The notes under the pieces: generated by a model | Seen by the model: the letters and a program-made list of their open reading frames with translations, nothing else | What the model was told of the DNA's origin: nothing | Databases searched by the model: none | Position numbers and translations under genes: made by a program | Shown here: piece by piece, positions 59,492 through 64,000 of the stretch | Numbering within the stretch: position 1 is the stretch's first letter | Layout of the letters: every line of letters starts with the position of its first letter | DNA from: Fimbriosthenelais zetlandica | Taxonomy: Eukaryota | Length of the DNA stretch: 64,000 nt | Assembly (NCBI GenBank): GCA_977030845.1 | Contig: OZ365118.1 | Location: forward strand, 20,026,001-20,090,000 | Reading direction: 5' to 3'

Positions 59492-61356
59492 GGGGTGAGG
59501 TATTCATTTTTCAGTTTCTAATGTATACACAGGAGGTGTAGTGATATAAAGATAGACTAATAACACCCTCCCACTCCTCGCCACCTCATCTAATCCACCT
59601 CTGTGTGGAATCTAGCCCCCCCCCCCCCCCCCGCTCCCACCTCCACCAGCCTGGCCAGCTGGGTAAACTAAATCAGCCAGGCTCCAGCTATAGCTGTGTA
59701 AGGTGGTTTCCTTAGTGTGCCTTTCTATACCTCCATTCTATCTATCTCCCTCCTTGTCTTTCTGGCATGATGATGAGCTTTCTCTACACTCATTCCACAA
59801 TTCCATCCATTCAGATTTATACCAGGTTTCTAGGAATCCTGCATATTCTTCTTGGCCCACCTCTTACTTTCTTATCTAGCTTACTTTTTGTTTTTATTTG
59901 GGTGGGAGGACATGGATATTGGGCTCTTATATCTATAGAAAAAGGCCTTGCACTTATTAATATCAATGATAAAATGTCTGCAATGATTCAGTTTTGGGAC
60001 AGGGAGAATTTCTATATGTATGGAGCTCTAAAGAAACCAATAGAATATGGTTCTTTCATTGCTTCTTGACCACAATTTATGTCGTGGGAAATATTGGAGG
60101 GCATGGCAAGGTATAATATCCGGCCTGGACAGTACCCATTTATATGGAATATATATATGACATAGTTGGTTCTGATATATAAAGGCTGACAAAGGATGAC
60201 AAGAGAGGTTCTAACTGTAAGATGATGGAAAAGTGCAATGAGCGATCACAGGCCATCTCAAGTATTTGTTATATATATATAAGATGCTGATAGATCAGGT
60301 ACAATCACACGGGAATTATAGTCGTTATGTCATCCATAACATTCATAACTTGTCACAATTTGCAGGTGTATGGATAACCATGAACACATCAGGCAAAAGT
60401 CCAGCAATATACAAAGGGTGGCGTCTGTAACCGATGTATATGGCCGCGTTTATGACCAGACCTCCTGCCAACCTTCTGACAATACAATGAATGGCCAAGA
60501 TTTAAGGGATACAACATCCAGAACTCTGTACATAGCGTTACCTTCCAAGTTCTATTGTCTTCCTATAAAGGTTCTACCCAACCCTATTGTCTCTTCATAT
60601 GAAGGTTCAAGCCAACCCTATTGTTTAGCAAGAGGAAAACCATGGTATATTTCTGGTGCATGTTTGCCCCTCCCCTAACCTCATTTTCTAAACCCAACTT
60701 ATTACTGAGAAGATTTTAGAGCCGAATACACAAGTTGGGAAAGAGGTGACCGTTATATCTCCTGGGGGGTGAGCCACTATCACATAAATCATATTAATTA
60801 TAATGTATCACTAATTATGAGAGACATTTGTAAACCTAATCACTAACAATCTGCACGTGAATACAGTAGGTAGTGTACAAGTGGCTCATTACATGGTAGC
60901 TGTGATGGATAGAGATGGGAGCTGGCTGTGCCCTGATCAAAGGCCATGACCGCAGCCACAAAGACTGTCTCAGAGTTTTTTGTGAAGTCACATCAAAACT
61001 CTATGCATCATTTTAGGCATTGTGTGCCTGATGAACGTTTTATGTTTGCATACATCGCTGTAAGATGTATGTTTGCTGGTGGCAGGAGCCGCAGACACGG
61101 TGATTTATCTTGTAGTTTATAGTGAGGCGATACGTTATACCAGACAATAAGTCAGACAATACTGCCGGACTGACGCTGAACAAGCATTCAGTCAGATGAA
61201 AGGGACAAGATAATTACAGAATCATGTTCACCATCCATGGTTTCTGAACATCAGACATAAAACATTTAAAGTTAGGAACTTTATCTATGTTTACAACTTG
61301 TTCCAGAGTTACTTTTGTGGCAGTAAAGGATTCCGCCCACCAAAGGATCGAACCCC

Positions 61357-61402
61357 TGGGTGAGGGAGTGGGTGAGGGAGTGGGTGAGGGAGTGGGTGAG
61401 GG
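61357..61402. repeat. 12-bp tandem repeat x3.8 (TGGGTGAGGGAG)
   Basis: Directly visible, G-rich. Confidence 0.92.
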
Positions 61403-64000
61403 GTTGTGAGGTATTTTTTCTGGTGTAACCCACCCTTGGTGTGTAGATTACTGGTTTCTACCAATGATCACCGCCTCAGCCTCATTCAAGCCATCTTTCT
61501 CCGCCTGTTAGGACCAGGACTGTAGAAGCAGGCGACAATTTCCGCATTGTAACAATAAGTATGAGTAAAAAGGTATTGCTCGCTGGCAAATGAAGCCCGC
61601 AAATTTGCCAAGTGGCTTCCGCTGTTGATTGAAATCTGTTAGTCATCTGTTGAGATGAGTTGGAGATTAGGGCAGTGGGGGACATGGGAAGTGCATTTTG
61701 GGGGACAATAATGGGGCGTTCCCAATTCAGGGACCTAGTTAGAGGGGGAAGAGGGAAGGAAGGGGAGGGTGGAAAGGGAGAGGGAAGGAAGGGAAGGGTG
61801 GCAAGGGAGAGAAATGGGACAGGGGGAGAGAGACGGGCAGAGAGGCGGAGAGAGAGAAAAGACACCCAATTGAAGGAAAGGGACAATTTTTAACAATCAT
61901 TTATATTTTTTAACAGCCCCATCTTTTAACTACTCAGTCCTGTCCTCCAAGTGACTGCATGAAACACAGCAAGAGCGCAGAGCAAACCTCAGTAAAAAGT
62001 GAATGACTTATTATAGCTTGAGACTACAGGGAATAGATCAATAGGAACGGGCACCTCAAGCTTGACCCAACCTCTACATCACTCTAATCCTGGTAGATTA
62101 CATTTAACTCAAGCAAGCATGTCTCCACACCAAAGTAAACAGGTAGTGCGTGAGACACTCAACAGACAAATCCTTACAAATAGTTCTCAGGCATGACTAC
62201 TAAAGTCAACCTATTTGTTGAACAACAAGTAACTTCAGGGACAGGTTGAAGAGTTGAAAATATGTCGGGGGCTGGAGCGATATGACTCAATGTTTAGACT
62301 TAAAATATTCATGAAAATACGTTTTCTCCCAAATGGATTTCACAATGGATTATTCCCAAGTTGTACTGGAATGATAAATAATTCACAACGAGAGGAAACC
62401 CCACTGCCGTATATATATATGTAAGGTTAAAAACTATTAATGATGAACGGGTGGGTGAGCATGGTCTGTCCAGCGCCTGTAGTGAGAGGGAGATAGTGTC
62501 AATACTGCCACCCTATAATCCATCATCCACTCAGTCACAGATCACTGAGACTTACACTGCTAAACTAACCCTGCCTTTAACCATCTACTCTTCTACATGT
62601 ACAATTAAAACATTTATACCAACTAAAACAGGTCTATTTATTACATATTGAACCGGGAGATAAATGTATTTGTGGGAGAAGGTGGGAGAGGGTACGGGTG
62701 GTAATTATTATGTAGTAATAATTTTGTAATATATTCACAAATTTTAGAACGTATTCTACAAGCCTTGCTTGTAAAACTCGGCTGATTTTATTCTCTATTC
62801 CCCACTATTCCCTCTTTGTTTGGATGATGAGGGGAGAACATTTGCTTCTAATTTAATATCCTGGCTAGTTGCATCTAATTTCAATGTAGTTAGAATTTAG
62901 ATGGCTATAGGTAAATGTTATTAGCACAGCGCCAGCGTTTGCCCGTCCATGATCTGGCTGGCTGAGATGGAATTGTAAATTTCATCAGAGGGTATTAGAT
63001 AGTAAATGTGGAGGGAAGCCATGCAGACTTCCTCCCAGTTTAGCCAGCATAATAATACAGAAGCGTGTTCTACGTATTTCAATGAATATCCTAATCTTGA
63101 GAAAGATTGAAACAAGCTATTTTTCTAAGATTGGATTTAGCTGAATGACCAAGTAACCAAGTCCAGTTTCTAGTCTTAAGACTAGTGGAAATGGTCTGAA
63201 AAATGACCGCCAATTATGGAAGGTCAGTGAAGGGATTGTCTAATTTTCTAGCCAGTGATATTTAACATCAATATTGTTACCCATCATATCGTTATACACA
63301 TGAAGGGAAGTTCACCAAGTGAGTTACGTGTGTACTAATGTGAACAATTTCAAGGCAATATATTGGGTCATTCATGGCACAAGATTTTTAAATTTTATTC
63401 AGTTTGAATATAATCGATGTATATTGCTTATGAATATAAAACCAAAAGTGTATATAGGAATCAGGAACCAGCCCTGATCCATCCAAATGAAGAGTATAGA
63501 GAGAATTAATACACATTTTATCCATGCATTTCACCAGCGAAGATGCACAGAGACACATCATATGTTTATTTCTTTTTATTCATGCATTATTTTGGTATCT
63601 AAAGATTATGGCTCTCAGTCCGCTGGTGCACTGGCTGTCTCTTAGCATTAAGTTCACATACATCTGGTCGTGTAGGGTATGAAATGAATGTCCAAACAAA
63701 CTCTTAAATCTATAACAACAAAAGTGGTCGTCGAACTGCCATGGAAAATGAAAAGTTTGCTGTTCTGGAAATCATTTATTTTCCAAGAACCAATTTGTTA
63801 GGATTAGGCATGATATGATATTGTAGTCCAGCAATTCGATTTCCACAAGTTGTTGTATGTTAACGTAACGTCTTACAGCTAGCGGCTTACCACTGTGTCT
63901 GACTAAGTGAGGGGGTGGGGTGGAGGTGCTGCCATCTGGTGTAGGACTCGGGAGGTGAAGTGAGCTGCTCTCTCTAGTTATTCTGCCTACAGCCAAACCA

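Noticed and set aside
60370-60678. 102-aa ORF preceded by tttgcag
   Set aside because: No recognisable domain, a weak acceptor, no clear donor, and a length within chance expectation.
61340-61360. GGATCGAACCCC, a reverse tRNA B-box-like motif
   Set aside because: No A-box or cloverleaf at the proper spacing, so it cannot support a tRNA or SINE call.
61482-61893. 134-aa and 77-aa ORFs (and similar Pro/Ser- or Gly/Arg-rich ORFs at 10340-10605, 18769-19035 and 29800-30114)
   Set aside because: Products of polypurine/polypyrimidine tracts that lack stop codons.

Overview
Eukaryotic (animal, invertebrate) genomic DNA with a low-CpG background. The window holds most of one + strand gene, a Cys-loop GABA-gated chloride channel beta-like subunit (LCCH3 / GABRB-like), probably from a protostome and most like lophotrochozoan sequences as I recall them. 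Seven GT-AG coding exons (555-622, 37886-38109, 43852-43934, 46436-46579, 48447-48599, 51302-51543, 51957-52325) splice in frame to about 426 aa, from the beta1 strand to the stop. The signal-peptide exons lie upstream of the window. The first intron in the window is 37.3 kb. The non-coding DNA contains many short minisatellites, one clear MITE and a few weaker TE relics. I found no rRNA, tRNA, CRISPR array or second recognisable protein-coding gene, and no self-evident new system. The best leads are: (1) a mid-intron acceptor fused to a GT donor, a recursive-splice or poison-exon candidate; (2) a CpG-rich promoter-like block with an in-frame ATG and a consensus donor inside the giant intron; (3) a Thr-to-Pro change in agonist-binding loop B; (4) tandem 5' splice sites next to a YCAY cluster in the M3-M4 loop; (5) a perfect 11 x 36-bp array of TAATCC/GATA sites; (6) a MITE inserted in a minisatellite whose neighbouring units preserve the empty site; (7) possible antisense exons 3' of the gene. 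All splice and regulatory calls beyond the seven coding exons are motif-based inferences that need RNA or comparative data.
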